Shown: positions 1 to 12,779 of the stretch, one piece after another | Position numbering within the stretch: the first letter of the stretch is position 1 | How the letters are laid out: each line of letters opens with the position of its first letter | Assembly: GCA_964016885.1 (NCBI GenBank) | Contig: OZ024742.1 | Span: 178,498,001 to 178,562,000 of the forward strand | DNA from: Eledone cirrhosa | Lineage: Eukaryota | DNA: 64,000 bases | Direction of reading: 5' to 3' | Translations under genes and position numbers: made by a program | The notes under the pieces: generated by a model | Seen by the model: only the letters and a program-made list of their open reading frames with translations | Database searches by the model: none | What the model was told of the DNA's origin: nothing

Positions 1-392
1 CTTCAGAATGTAGAGCTGTAATTATATGTCACAAAGTCTGATGCTCTACTGATACTGCCAATCCACTGCCCTAAAATTAATAACTAGTGGAACCCACAGA
101 ACAAAAAAAATTAGGAGGAGCTATTTAAGAAAGGAAGGATGATTTAGATTTTTATAGCATATAAATATTGTTGCATGTACAACAAAGGATACAAAAAAAA
201 TATACAATAACATCTATGCAATACTTAATATACATATTATTCATTAGCATTTAATTTTACTGAAGCTGCAAGATCAATATATAATTACATATTCCTTATT
301 ACACAATATTTTATCATAAGTACTTTAAATTATATACAATTAATTTATACAAAACAATATAGAGAATATACACAATCTTTTTATTCATATGA

Positions 393-2270
393 CTAGTTTC
401 AATTCCATTCCAACTTGCAACACTTTAACTGGGCTCAGAATTATCTTAATATCTCTTTGTATACAACGTTCTTTGTCACAGTTTTATTACCTGGCCTCCC
501 TTACATATCAGTGTTCAATACTTTAATTTTTACATTTGATTACCTGTGTACTCTTGAAAAGTGACATAATATTGCCCATGGCTAAATACTGGCTCAGGAA
601 GGAACACACCTACTTTATTGTGATGGTTGACCCTGGCTCTTGTTGATTATCATAGCATGCGATAGTCTTACTGGAAGCTAGACTCTTTCCAAAGTAAAAA
701 AGATGTTGGGATCACTGGGGGCTAGCTTCAGTCTTGGGATCACAACTTTCCTGTCGATTGATATGAGAAGCTTCGATGGAATCTTGATGCAGAACCACTA
801 CTTTTAATCTTGTGCCATTGAAAATCTGTTCTGGATTGAAATATTGTGTAGAAGCATTATTATTGATCCTGCTTTTAATTGGTTTGAGTTCACAAATTCA
901 GTAAAATAGGGTCATTCTCCATGTATTATAAGCTAGCCTGTACACTGTATGTGATGCACCATGAAACTGAAATTCAGAGAGATACCACATACCTGCAACC
1001 AAGATAGTTTATTTCATCATGGTTGCATTGGTTCTGATAATCATTAGATAATGCATTATTGGTTACTTCTATATCATGCCTCTTGTAAACATATTTAACC
1101 TTTTAGCATTTAAACCGGCCATATCTGGCCAGAATTCTCTCACTTCTTTCTGTTCAAACTGGCTGTAACTGGCTGCTCATACTGACGTTAAGGTATTGTT
1201 CTCAAAATAAATTACATCAAAATCTCATGGATTCCATATTATGTGTGATAATTATGTGAAGTAAAGACTTTACTATAAAAATATAATAGTATATATATAT
1301 ATAGAGTAATGCAAATGCTAAAGGGTTAAAGATGCACTTCTTGCTCTTTACTGTTCTTGGTCAATGGCGTGCATTGTATTGTACACTTCAGCATATGGAT
1401 TACATTCATGCAACACCTCACTTATCATAGTCATTGTTTGCAGTGCTTCCAATCTGTGCTGCACAGCTTCATTCATATCAACAATATATAACTGGCTATA
1501 TTATGCTGTATTTTCTACACCATAAAAAGAGATTTCTCAGTCTCTCTGCAATGGAGGCATCACAATTTTTCCATTATTACAACAGTTATAACTTTCATTT
1601 CTAAATTTCAAAGCTCCACAATGATCGCATGAAACATTCATACACCAATACGAAATTCTTCTACATTACCATTACCATTTATTGCTGGGCTATTTCTCCT
1701 AAGACGCTCATTATGCATTCTATTCTACCTGAAATTCTGCAGTTCTTCAGCATTCATGTTTTCTAATCTAAGTCTATGCACTGCTCTCTCCTGCTTGAGA
1801 AAATATACTCATTCATTCTTATGGATATGATCTTTTTTCTTATCTTGATTGATCATGCTCCAAATATTCTTGATGCCCCTCATGTTCCATATTTTTTTCC
1901 TTGTTGCCTGAGTCTTTGTTCCTCTAAATATTATTGACATTCATCTTATAGCATACAATCTCTTCTCTCCTGTTGCCTTAGTCTAGCTTGCTTTAAGTAA
2001 TCTTGACGTTCTCCTAATTGCATATTATTTCTTCTCTTCTGTTGTCTTAGTCTAGCTTACCCTAAAACAATATTCCTCTGTTCATCATTCATTTCATCAC
2101 ATCTCTGTTAGTGTCATCTTTTTTCTCTTTCTATTATTTCTTCTTGCTCTTGCTGTCTGATCCAAGCTCTATGTCTGCGCATCCTTTCTCATGCAGCTTG
2201 CAACTGTCTCTCTTTCTTATGAATCCATAGTTTTTATAAGTCTCTCTGTCTATATTACTACTATAAAGAC
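393..2270 (-). mobile_element. Internally deleted, decayed Helitron (Rep/Pif1 helicase remnant)
   Basis: Minus-strand translations give Helitron motifs in the right order: charged N-terminal repeats (~1850-2230), CDHCGALKFRNESYNCCNNGKIVMPPL Zn-finger (~1540-1630), LHECNPYAEVY (~1380-1410), HDEINYLGCRYV and FQFHGASHTVYRL (~935-1020), and Pif1 motifs LPVRLSHAMIINKSQGQ / KVGVFLPEPVFSHGQYYV / TKNVVYKEIL (~445-680). There is a 3' CTAG at 393-396. Many stops and frameshifts; the 5' end is approximate. Confidence 0.85.
1099..1325 (+). mobile_element. piggyBac-type MITE family A, nested in the Helitron
   Basis: TTAA on both sides (1095-98, 1326-29); terminal inverted repeats CCYTTTAGCATT...AATGCTAAAGGG; 7 copies in the window. 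Confidence 0.85.
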
Positions 2271-2340
2271 TTTATATATACGTGGAAAGAAATATTATTC
2301 TAAACACTTCAAAACATATAATATATATATTTACTCGGTA

Positions 2341-2880
2341 CGGTGGATTGGCAGTATCGGTAGAGGGTCGGACGCTATGCTTTGACGCATAGAGTTACGG
2401 CCCTTGCCATTCTGAGTTCAAATCTCGCCGAGGTTAACTTTGCCTTTCATCCTTACGGGGGTCGATAAAATAAAGTACCAGTAATGCACTGGTTAATTGC
2501 TGGCCTTGTGCCAAACAGTAGAAACAATTATTTAAAACTAGGTGGATTGACAGTATGAGTAGAGCATCAGATGCCATTCTTTGCAGCATAGTTATGGCCC
2601 TTTATGTTCTGAGTTCAAATCACGCCGAGGTTAACTTTGCCTTTCATCCTTACGGGGTCGATAAAATAAAGTACCAGTGATGCACTGAGGTAATTGCTGC
2701 CCTTGTGCCAAAATTAGAAACAATTATTTAAAACTAGGTGGCAAACTGGCAATCATTAGAACATCTGATAGTGCTTTGTGGTATTCATTTGACTCACTGC
2801 TCTAAGTTCAAATCCTACTGAAGTCAATTTTGCCTTTCATCTATTTGAGATCGGTAAAAAAAAAATTCCAATCAAGTTTG
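2341..2880 (+). mobile_element. Three head-to-tail tRNA-derived SINEs (Meta-domain-like family)
   Basis: A box (TGGCAGTATCGG), B box (GAGTTCAAATC), central AACTTTGCCTTTCATCCTTACGGGGTCGATAAAATAAAGTACCAG, and tail GGCCTTGTGCC..AGAAACAATTATT. The junction TTAAAACTAGGTGG is repeated. Confidence 0.8.
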
Positions 2881-3255
2881 ATTCTTCCTCTATGTGCCTT
2901 TCTTACTTCTTTTCTCTCACTCTATATTTCTCTGGAAGAAATCTGCTCTATTCAGACCTGGAGAGATGACCTCCACCAGGTTGAAAATGTCCAAGAAATG
3001 TTGTAGATATGTGGAAAGAAATATTCTAAACACTTCAAAACATATAATAAATGGCCACATAAAGCATAATAATTATATAGATTGTGTGTATATATATATA
3101 TATATAAGCAAAGAGATATTTAATTTGCTGGTAATTCAACAAATTTATTTATTATAACAGATTCGAAGCACTCTACAGGTTTCCTGGAGTATAATATCAA
3201 TGATATTAATAAATGGAAACTATATTTATAAAACCATATTTATTTTATTATATAT

Positions 3256-3316
3256 CATCTAACCCATACTAGCGTGGAAGAACGGACGTAAAACGGTGAT
3301 GATGATGATGATGATG
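3256..3316 (+). mobile_element. 3' tail fragment of an RTE-type LINE/SINE inserted in the left palindrome arm
   Basis: ACCCATACTAGCGTGGAAGAACGGACGTAAAACGG(TGA)n matches tails seen elsewhere (e.g. 9825-9873, and 14221-14265 on the minus strand). It is absent from the right arm. Confidence 0.75.
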
Positions 3317-3428
3317 ATATTTCAAGGGTACCAAAAAGAACTTTGGTACGCTCTCATCAGATAAAATACAAAATTTGTTTTATAAATAGTGACATACCCG
3401 ATAAGGTCTGGTTTATCGGGTATGTCAC

Positions 3429-3530
3429 TGTTTATAAAACAAATTTTGTATTTTATCTGATGAGAGCGTACCAAAGTTTTTTTGTTACCCTTGAAATATA
3501 TATAATAAAATAAATATGGTTTTATAAACA
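3429..3530 (+). ncRNA. Minimal type-I hammerhead ribozyme (Penelope-like element type)
   Basis: Stem I TATTTTAT (3449-56) pairs with ATAAAATA (3505-12), extended by TGTTTATAAAAC/GTTTTATAAACA. Core CTGATGA at 3457-63; stem II GAG.GTAC..GTTAC.CTT; GAAA at 3493-96; palindromic TATATA stem III; AUA cleavage triplet ending at 3504. Confidence 0.75.
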
Positions 3531-3553
3531 TAGTTTCCATTTATTAATATCAT

Positions 3554-3595
<42 letters not shown>

Positions 3596-5702
3596 CATTT
3601 TACCAATGGTTTGAATGAAGAGACGATTGGTGTTTCTAACTCTCTCTCAATTTTATTAAACACATCTCGCTCACTCCTCTTCCCCCTCTCACTATCATTT
3701 GCTCCACCTTTCCCTCTCTATCACTCACCGCCTTCTGTCACACTACCTCCCCCTCTCTAACTAACTAAAGTGTAACACTTGAACAAACAAAGAAGCAGTT
3801 ATAATATAGATTATTATTATTATTATTATCTGAACTAATTCCAAATTAAGATTAGGGTTAATTCCTGGTTTCTGTTTGTATAACTACCAGTCTAGAGTCA
3901 ATTACAGGAAACTGATTGAATTAACCCTAACTACTAATCATAACTCTAAACCTTAACTCTGGCCCTGTAACCCTAACCCTAATCTTGAATGAATTAGTTC
4001 AAATTATATTGTTTTGAGGACTCTTCCCCCACAACCCTCACAGGAATAAGTGGGCAAAGAAAAAGAAGTCTTATATTAATTTATTAAGGGTGAAAGAAGA
4101 TATTCTGAAAAAAAGAAAACACTGCTATTTTCAGCAGTAAGTTATGTGACCAAATAAAGACTATCTCATTGGTTTGATTCAGTTGTTGTTGTTTAGTCCC
4201 AGGTCAGACCTTAGTTGTGCGGGCTCTTGACATGCAGCACTTTAAGCTTAACTTGCCGCCTGCAAGTGCCAAAAAGGAATAGATCTTGGACAGGATGTCC
4301 AAGTCCAAAAATTGAATGTGCTCATAGGAAAGAGCACCCTGAAACACAAATTAACCACATTCAGAGATATTGTTTACTCAATCTGTAAAGATGCCTATGG
4401 AGTAAGACCACCCAAAACAAAAACACCACCTCAGAGATCCAGACATCGAGGGATGGATGATATTCGGAGGAAAAAAAGGGATCAGAAACAGCCAGCTAGC
4501 TCCTGTCAATAAAATCTCCATACAGTTTAAATACACAGCAAGTCTCCTATTTCCGAATGGCTAAATGCCAACAGAAGGGCTTCCAGGAGTCATGACCTAG
4601 CTGCAACCCAGCTCCTTTAGAGTGTAAGATGCTAAGGGCTGAAACACTCGCTTGAGGATGGGGGGGGGGGGGTTCTTTTCTGAAGACCTTCTGCTGTCCA
4701 GTTCTCCAGAGAGTTTCTTACCACTTGTTGAGCAGACCAATTATCAAATGAATTGTAGCCATAATTATCATGTCATTTTGAGATTACATTATCCAATGTT
4801 CTTTTTAAAACTGTATAGTTAGGTGAAACATTGAGACAATAAATAATAATGCTAGGAAAGCTGATACAATGCATATAGAAATATAAAGATGGTACTGGAG
4901 TAATAGGACAATACACAACAAATTAATGTATTTATCCAATATATTTCTTTCATGATATTTCAAGGTAAAAATGATTTCAAATTATGAGTGATGAATGCAC
5001 AAAAACTAGACATTCTGTCTCGTTTGTTTGGTTTTGTGTACAATAGGGTGGGATTTAAGAGGAAAAGACTTCTATTTCTAGCAGATCAAGCAACTGAATA
5101 TTTGAAGTTTCCTCTCCTCTCTAATTGGCTTGTAATCAAGTCAGTTTATTGTGGCAGTGATAATAAAAAATATATTTCTTACTATATTGTTGTAGGGAGA
5201 GCCCCCAAAATAGAATCAATAACAATTAATATATATCAATCAAGTGGACTGGCAACAATGATAGAACCATTGACACAATCACCACCACCACCACCACTAC
5301 CACCTTTTGTCTATTTTCCATGCATGGGTTAAACTGGTTGTTATGTTCTGAGGTTAGACCAGTCAGATGACCATGTCTTCATCTTACATTCCATTTTCGC
5401 TTGGTTTCTATGGCTGGATGCCTTTCCTAAAGTCAACCACTTTACAGTGTGAATTGGGTACTTTTTTGTCATGGCAAGCTTACAGATTGAATTGGGTGCT
5501 TTTTGTTGTGGCACCACCTTAAAGTGACCGGGATGTTCTTTGTTGTGGCACCAGAACTACAGGCTTACAGGGAGAAATTAAAAGCTTTTTTGTCATGGCA
5601 CCAGCACTACCACATTATAGAATGGACTGGGTGTTTTTGTTTTTTTTTGTTGCATCAACACTACTACCTTACAAGGTTTGGCCTATATATATACATACAC
5701 AC

Positions 5703-5850
5703 CTGACAGGCTTCTGCAGTTTATGTTTACCAAGTTCCACTCACAAGGCATTGTACAACCCAAGGCTCTTGTAGAGGACACTTGCCCAATGTGCTATGCA
5801 GTGTGACTGAACACATAACTATGTTTGTGAAGCAAACTTCTTAACCACAC
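5703..5850 (-). mobile_element. tRNA-derived SINE (second family), partial
   Basis: Reverse complement of 5995-6160 (GACACTTGCCCAA, CACTCACAAGGCA). Related copies at ~17330-17600 and ~21985-22115. Confidence 0.65.
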
Positions 5851-5994
5851 AACTATCTGGAAAAAGTTTTTACATGGCATAGCCAAGACAAGATATTTTC
5901 ATGGGAGACCCACAGTTTCTCATAAAGCAAAACGCTGATATTGTTTGAGGGAAGAATAAAGGTCAATACAGATTGATACCAGTGTTATCATGTG

Positions 5995-6540
5995 GACACA
6001 ATATAGCTGAATGGTTAAGAAGTTCACTTCGCAATCATAAAGTCCCAGGTTCAATCCCACTCCATTGCATCTTGGGCAAGTGTCATTTATGATAGCCTCT
6101 GGTCAACCCATGCCTTGTGAGTAAAACTGGGTTGACAAACTATTTGAAAGCCTGCCAGATGGACTGTACTTGTAGTTCAAAGGGCTGGTCTTGTCATACA
6201 TTAACCCTCTAGCATTTACATTACTCTATATATACTATTGTATTTTCATGGTAAAAGCTTTATCTTACATAATATCTCACATAATATTGAATCTGAGATT
6301 TTGATATTTATTTTGAGAATAATACCTTAACGTCAGTATAAGTGGTTAGTTACTGCCGGTTTAATCTGAACGAGGTGAGAGAATTATGACCGGATATGGC
6401 CAGTTTAAATGCTAAAGGATTAACATGCTGAATCTCCCTGAGAATTACATTCAGCCACATACATATTAATTTCCTGAGCTGGTTGTTCTGTTAATCAGAC
6501 AACTGGAACAGTCATGTCAGAACTAACAGAAGTACATTCC
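5995..6540 (+). mobile_element. tRNA-derived SINE (second family) interrupted by a MITE
   Basis: A box TAGCTGAATGG, B box GGTTCAATCC, CTTGGGCAAGTGTC core. The SINE sequence resumes after the TTAA MITE at 6424. Confidence 0.65.
6205..6419 (-). mobile_element. piggyBac-type MITE family A
   Basis: TTAA flanks (6201-04, 6420-23); reverse complement of 1099-1325. Confidence 0.8.
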
Positions 6541-7021
6541 ACTTTGTGAGGTGTGTGTGTTTAAATTTAGAAGCAAGAGGGGGAAAAATACACTCAATAC
6601 ACGTAGTAGGATTTATTAGTTTATTCAAAGCTGAAATGCTTCACTGCATCACTACTGTTTCCCAGTCTTTCTTCAGTGACTGAAAATTCAACACTATATA
6701 TATCTATCTATATATATATTAAACAGAGACTATATATATATATAGTCTCTGTTTGCTATAGAATATAATGAGAGAAAATAATTAAGCCCTAAATAGTTTT
6801 ATCTGTATGAATCATCCAAGTGTTGTGTCAGTTTTGATGACCAAACTACTTCAGTTTCTGATAGTTACACCAGGGCTGGATGATGATGGTGGTGGTGGTA
6901 TTGGTGTCATGTATATTCTGAGTGTGTTAGGTGTGTGGTGCACACCCACCAAAGATAATACATTTTCTTTATAAGAACTTTCTCTTAGTTATATAATCTG
7001 GTCATAATTTCTTATAAAATC

Positions 7022-7212
7022 TAATAATTGTTTCTACTTTAGGCACAAGGCCAGCAATTACCCAGTGTATTACTGGTACTTTATTTTATCGACCCCGTAA
7101 GGATGAAAGGCAAAGTCAACCTGCGCGGGATTTGAACTCAGATCGTAAAGGGACGTAACTATGCTACAAAGCATGGCGTCCGACCCTCTACCGATACTGC
7201 CAATCCACCGCC
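7022..7212 (-). mobile_element. Young Meta-like SINE with target-site duplication
   Basis: Full reverse-complement copy, flanked by the direct repeat TTATAAAATCTAATAAT (~7012 and ~7215). Confidence 0.85.
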
Positions 7213-7254
7213 CTTTATAAAATCTAATAATACACTCTGAGAAACAATGATTAA

Positions 7255-7464
7255 TTCTTGTCGTCCTGTACCGCATGAAAACGCATTAACAAGACATTTT
7301 TGGAAAGTATAAAACATCTCTATGGCTGCATCAGATAAAAAATTAAAGTCTTAAGTCCAATATTGCATATTTTCACAATTTGTACACGAGTAAATACTAT
7401 AAACATTTGACTCAACAAACCCATTTTGAAAATAGTTTGCTAAATCATTACAGGATGTTAAGAG
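7255..7464. mobile_element. TTAA-flanked MITE family B (related copies ~8124-8335, ~10240-10440, ~42808-43026, ~43603-43821)
   Basis: TTAA..TCCTGTA / TACAGGATGTTAAGAG TTAA termini are shared among copies. Confidence 0.65.
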
Positions 7465-7769
7465 TTAAATGAGGATGTAGTTGTATTATGTATAAATATA
7501 ACCTAAAGTGTGTGTTTGTTATATTTATGCCAGAATTGTAGAATGTTTCTAGTACAACTTCCTTTCACCTGTTGTGTTCCTTTGTCATTTCCTCTCTAAG
7601 GTTCAGCGTTTTGAGATCAGTTCTCACCACTTCTGCTCAGGTTTTCCTTGGTCCTCTTCTACTGCAGCTTCCTTCCACGAGCAACTGATGGAAACTTCTT
7701 CACCCAACAATCAATATCAAGTCTCCTGATGCCTTAGTAATACTTTTGTTGTTACAATAGAATTAACTA

Positions 7770-7952
7770 CAGTGAAATTCCATTATAACGAAATTCATGG
7801 GGTATAAAAAAATTCACTGTAACGAAAAATTCTTTATAATGAGATCGACTGAAACAAATTGTTTGTTATTAACTCGGGGATTGAAAAAAACTTTTGTTAT
7901 ACTGAAAAATTTGTTATATTATTATTCATTCATTATAAAGGAAATTTACCTG
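7770..7952. mobile_element. Tc1/pogo (Tigger-like) MITE
   Basis: TA-flanked CAGTGAAATTCCATTATAACGAA ... TTCATTATAAAGGAAATTTACCTG inverted termini. Confidence 0.6.
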
Positions 7953-9535
7953 TATAAACCTACAGTCCATCACTAATTAAAAAAAGCAGGAGTACTTCAA
8001 CTACAGATGTTGGCACTCTGTAACCCTTTTCTAACCATATTTCTAAACACATACACCATTTACTTCAATTAATTATTAAAATAATCAAGAATTTGGAAGA
8101 ACCTTATAAAGACTTTTTCATTATTAACTCTTAACATCCTGTATTGATTTAACAAAAAATATATATAAATGCACCTGTTAATTCAAATGTTTATAGTATC
8201 TTTACTATTAGACAGATTGTTGTGAAAATTTGAAGTAACTAAAGACTATTTTTTATGTGATGCTGTTATAATGCTATGTTGTACTTTTCAAAAATGTCTT
8301 ACTAATGCAGTTTCATATGGTACAGGACATTGATAGTTAGTAGCCATTCACTGAAATATATTTTAGGTCAGACTTAGACAATTGCACTGAAATGGGAGTG
8401 TAACATGAATAAATTATGTGTACCCAACCTTTTGGCTGATTTAGATCAGCGTATATTGATGAAGTAGACCAGATTTATTCAAATGATGCCAATATAGAAA
8501 AGCAGCTAATAAAACAATAATATTGATAATTATATTTACCTATAATCACTAATATTTTTATCTGTTCATCATAATTGTAGTTATTACATTTGATTTTCCA
8601 TGACATGTGATGTGACTGATGTGCCCTCTTACCCCTTTTCGGCATGGTATCTACGTTTGGATGTCCTTCCTAACACCAACCACTTTACAGAGTGTACTGC
8701 ATGCATTTTATTGTGGCACCACCAATACAGAGATTATATTATTTGGCACAGCTAAGGAGTCCTCTCAATCCTTTGTTTGGCATGGTATCTACAGCCGAAT
8801 ACCCTTCCCAACAAATATTATTTTCTAATACTCTGAAGCATCAAATTTGTATAACACTCCTAACTTCTAAATATATTCTTGTAAGACACTTCTACCTGCT
8901 AAATATATTCATGTATGACACTCCTAACATATAAATATCTTCTTGTAAGACTCTTCTAACTTCTAAATATGTTCTTCGTTTTTGGAAAAAAAAACAACAG
9001 AATTTCAGATATTGCTCTATTGAAGCCTATTCTATGAAAATTTTAGACATTCAAATAAAACCAGGTTTTCATCACATGTATTATTACGTTTCCAAGTCTG
9101 TTCAATATATATATATAGTTTTAATATAGATGAGATTCTACAGGACTAGAACTGTTTCATTCTTTGGGATATGTGAATTAGTACAAAGTGTAGAGGCGCA
9201 AATTTTCTGTTTCTAATTTTCTATAATTCTGTTTTCACTTTTAATAAATTCTCTTTGTTCTATTTTATTGTAATTCATGTGAAGATTGCAATAAATTGTA
9301 TTATAAATATTACTAAAACATGGACAAACCACTTACTGTGGTTACCTCCGATTCAACCCGGAATAACGTACATATATATATATATATATATATTTCATCA
9401 TCGTCATTGTTGATTTACATCGGCTTTATTTATATATTACCCACTCTACTACCCTAAGTATTGAGTACTTTGGTGCGTTATGGTCCACCTAGTTCCTTAC
9501 CACATTTCCTTCGTTATATATATATATATATATGT

Positions 9536-9872
9536 GGAGGCACATGGCTTAGTGGTTAGAGCATTGGCCTTGCAATCGAAAGGTTGTGAGTTCAATTCTC
9601 AGACCGGGTGATGTGTTGTTTCCTTGGGCAAGACACTTTATTTCACATTGCTCCAGTTTACTCAGCTGTAGAAATGAGATGATAGGGACAGGGGTCCCTA
9701 TCATTCCACTGCAAAGTGGTCGTGGAGGTGCCACGGCAAAAAAGCACCCAGCACTCACTGTAAATGAGGTTGGTGTTAGGAAGGGTATACAGCTGTAGAA
9801 ATTAACCCAGCATCAGTTCCCATCCCACCCTTGCAAGCAGGGAAAAAGCGGACGTCAAATGAAATGATGATG

Positions 9873-9873
<1 letters not shown>
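9536..9873 (+). mobile_element. CORE-like tRNA-derived SINE with RTE-type tail, inserted in (TA)n
   Basis: A box TGGCTTAGTGG, B box GAGTTCAATTC, CCTTGGGCAAGACACTT core, (TGA)n tail. Near-identical reverse copy at 47159-47499. Confidence 0.85.
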
Positions 9874-9906
<33 letters not shown>

Positions 9907-11355
9907 TTGCTTGCAGGAAAAATGGACTTTAAACGAGGATGCTGCAGATGATGATATATGTAATAAAGAAAGTGTACCCCAAAGTAGCTAGAGGTTATTG
10001 TGTATGATGTTCCACTCTGATAGAATGGTATATAAAAATACATGAAAGAGAATCTTCTAGATACATGGTGTGAAAGCTCAGTTAGATATTATTGATTAAC
10101 ATCACTGAGATTAATAATCAATAGCAGTAGATTTATCATCTCTCACTAAACTATAATCTTGGGTCTGTTTGATGTCTGAGCTATAAAGAAATTACTACAT
10201 TGATTTTAATGGTGCTACTGCCTCTTTCCTCATTTGTTTCCTCTTCACGTCCTGTAATGATTTTTCAGTAAATATCTAAAATCCACTTTGTTAATTCAAT
10301 GTTTATATTATCTTTATTTGTAGACAGACCATTGTGAAAATTTGCAATATTAGTCAAGACTAAGTTTTAATGTGATTCATTCATAGTGCTGTTTTGTACT
10401 GTTCAAGAATGTCTTGTTAATGTGCTTTCATGTGGTTTGTTAATACACATGGTTTTGTAATATTCCATGGTTACAAATAAATATATGAAGGGCAGTTGTG
10501 TTTCCTTGTTGGTCTTCACTTGGATACTAACATTTTGGGGAAATCACTTTACTAACTTCAATTACACATCAACATTGATACACAACCAACATAACAAACC
10601 ATTCTGCTGTAGGTTCTTTGTACGACATCACATCTGTGCTTCACCTTGTTTTATGAGACACTTTATTTTAGGATACTCAAACTCATGGTCTGAAAAGGGG
10701 CATTATGTCTTGGAGGAGAAGCACAGTGGGCCAAAAGTAGATGGGGTGGGGGTTCTATACATTATGTTAATCTGCAATAGGGATAGGGTGCATTTTCTTT
10801 CATCAAAATGAAAATGTATATGATAGTAAGTGGGATATGTGAATTAGAACAAAGTGTAGAGGTGCAAATTTTCTGTTTCTAATTTTCCATAATTCTGTTT
10901 TCACTTTTAATAAATTCTGTTTGTTCTATTTTATTGTAATTCATGTGAAGATTGCAATAAATTGTATTATAAATATTACTAAAACATGGACAAATTACCA
11001 AGTTTTAGGAAAATATTAGTCATGAAAATTGTTCTGCAGCAGGCAATAGGAAAGTAGTTTGTGAGACTCATGTTGTCTGTGGATCACGTTTGGAGACACC
11101 TGATGTAGACTAACTACAGCACTGCATGATGATCTTATAATAATTATGAAATTATTGTGTACAGTGCTCAGGTGCACTACAACTCATCAAAGGTGCATGT
11201 ATAGTACAAATCTAGTTTATATAGAAGTACAAATGTTATGAAGGTAATCATTTCTGAATTCAGGTAATACCATGACATTTAAAAAATGTTATTTTCTGAT
11301 TAAATCAAAAGAAAATCTTATTTTTTTCTTATTTAGATTGGTAACAAATACTTAA

Positions 11356-11527
11356 TCCTTTAGTATTTACATTATATTTACTATTGTATTTTAGCAGTAA
11401 AGGCTTTATCTCGCATAACTATCTCAAATAATATTGAAGATCAGTATGAGTAGCCAGTTATAGCCAGTTTCAACAGAAAGAGGTGAGAGAGTTCTGGCCG
11501 GATACGGCCGGTTTAAATGCTAAACGG
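11356..11527 (-). mobile_element. piggyBac-type MITE family A (internally deleted)
   Basis: TTAA flanks and family termini. Confidence 0.75.
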
Positions 11528-12779
11528 TTAAAGACAAGTCTTCATGATTTTTTTTTTTAACATTAAGAAAATCTGAATATCACAAAAATCTGTTGTAAAA
11601 GACAAGAAAGAAAAAAAAATGATATTTGAAGGACCTGCTTTATTAACTATAAGCTGGTCTATCTTATCAGCAGGTCTGGCATGATTGTCTAACAGTTTCT
11701 CTTTAGCTTAAGTTATGCCACACTACCTCCAGGAGCACTCCTTCCTATGAATGTCATTGTTTTCATAATAATTCATATACTTCATAGAAAAGTAATAATT
11801 GGTTCTACTTTAGGCACAAGGCCAGCAATTACCCAAGTAATAATACTGTGATATTTTTGTGTGAGTAGATACTGATCATGTTTGCCATACAGGCATGACA
11901 TGATTAACATTTTTATCATACCTCAATATATATATAGGAGTTCAAGGTTTCCACTCCCCGTATTCTTAATCATCATCATCATCTGATTTTTTTTTTTTTT
12001 TTTCATGTTTGCATGGACTGAACATGTCTCCTTGAACTTAATGTATCACCACATGTAGTAGTCTATTGTCATCTCCATGAGAACTTTCACCGCATCTCTC
12101 CATCATAGTGGTGTGTATGAAAACATATACAATATGTTTATGTATCATAAACATACAAGAGCCTTGCTATGAGTTTTTTTTATAAATTGTCATGTCACTT
12201 TTAATTACATCTCACTGTCTGCCTTGGTCTTCCTCTGCTGAAGCTTCCTTCCACTTGAATAGCTTAGCATTTCCTTACCCAACTGTCATCCTCCATACAC
12301 ATCACATGTCTGTACCAGCTCAGTCTTCTTTTGTACACTACATCTAATTAATTTTATATCTAGTTTTTTCTTTCTATCAGCTTATTTGTTTTGATTGGAA
12401 GGCCAGAAACATTACTTCTTCTCTTCTGACTAATTTATGAAAAAAGAATAATTTGTTTGTTATAGATACACACTACTGTATAATTTAGAAAATTAGATGA
12501 CTCTCCTGCCTATTGTACATAATATTAGCAATCCTCCTCTCTGTTTTCCTGACTAAATATACCCTCCTATTCTAGCTGCCCACTTTGTTCCACTCCTCTT
12601 AGCCTCTTATATCCAGACATGTTAACTTAGCTTTGCTACCCACTCTACTATTATTCTATTACTATATTACCTGCTGCTACTTCACTGAAATTCAGTTTCC
12701 ACCATAGAACTTGGTTAGTGGAGTGCAGCAGGTTGTCTCTTAAGAGGAGCTGAAATCCTTCAATCTTATATTTCTCTAT

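Larger units (their letters stand above)
3194..3559. repeat. Long near-perfect palindrome (~147-bp arms, 8-nt loop), probably inverted Penelope pLTRs
   Basis: 3413-3559 is the reverse complement of 3194-3404, apart from an insertion at ~3256-3316 and a few mismatches. The loop is GGTCTGGT (3405-3412). Confidence 0.9.

Noticed and set aside
993-1090. Minus-strand exon ending in CAG|GTATGT
   Set aside because: It lies inside the Helitron DEIxxYLxxRY motif; the donor match is incidental.
6640-6685. Minus-strand CTGAAGA...GAAAC hammerhead-like motif
   Set aside because: Stem II does not pair and there is no valid cleavage triplet.
9166-10995. ~160-bp near-identical duplication (9166-9325 versus 10832-10995)
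   Set aside because: It is part of a dispersed MITE-like family also seen at ~36520-36790 and ~50280-50620.
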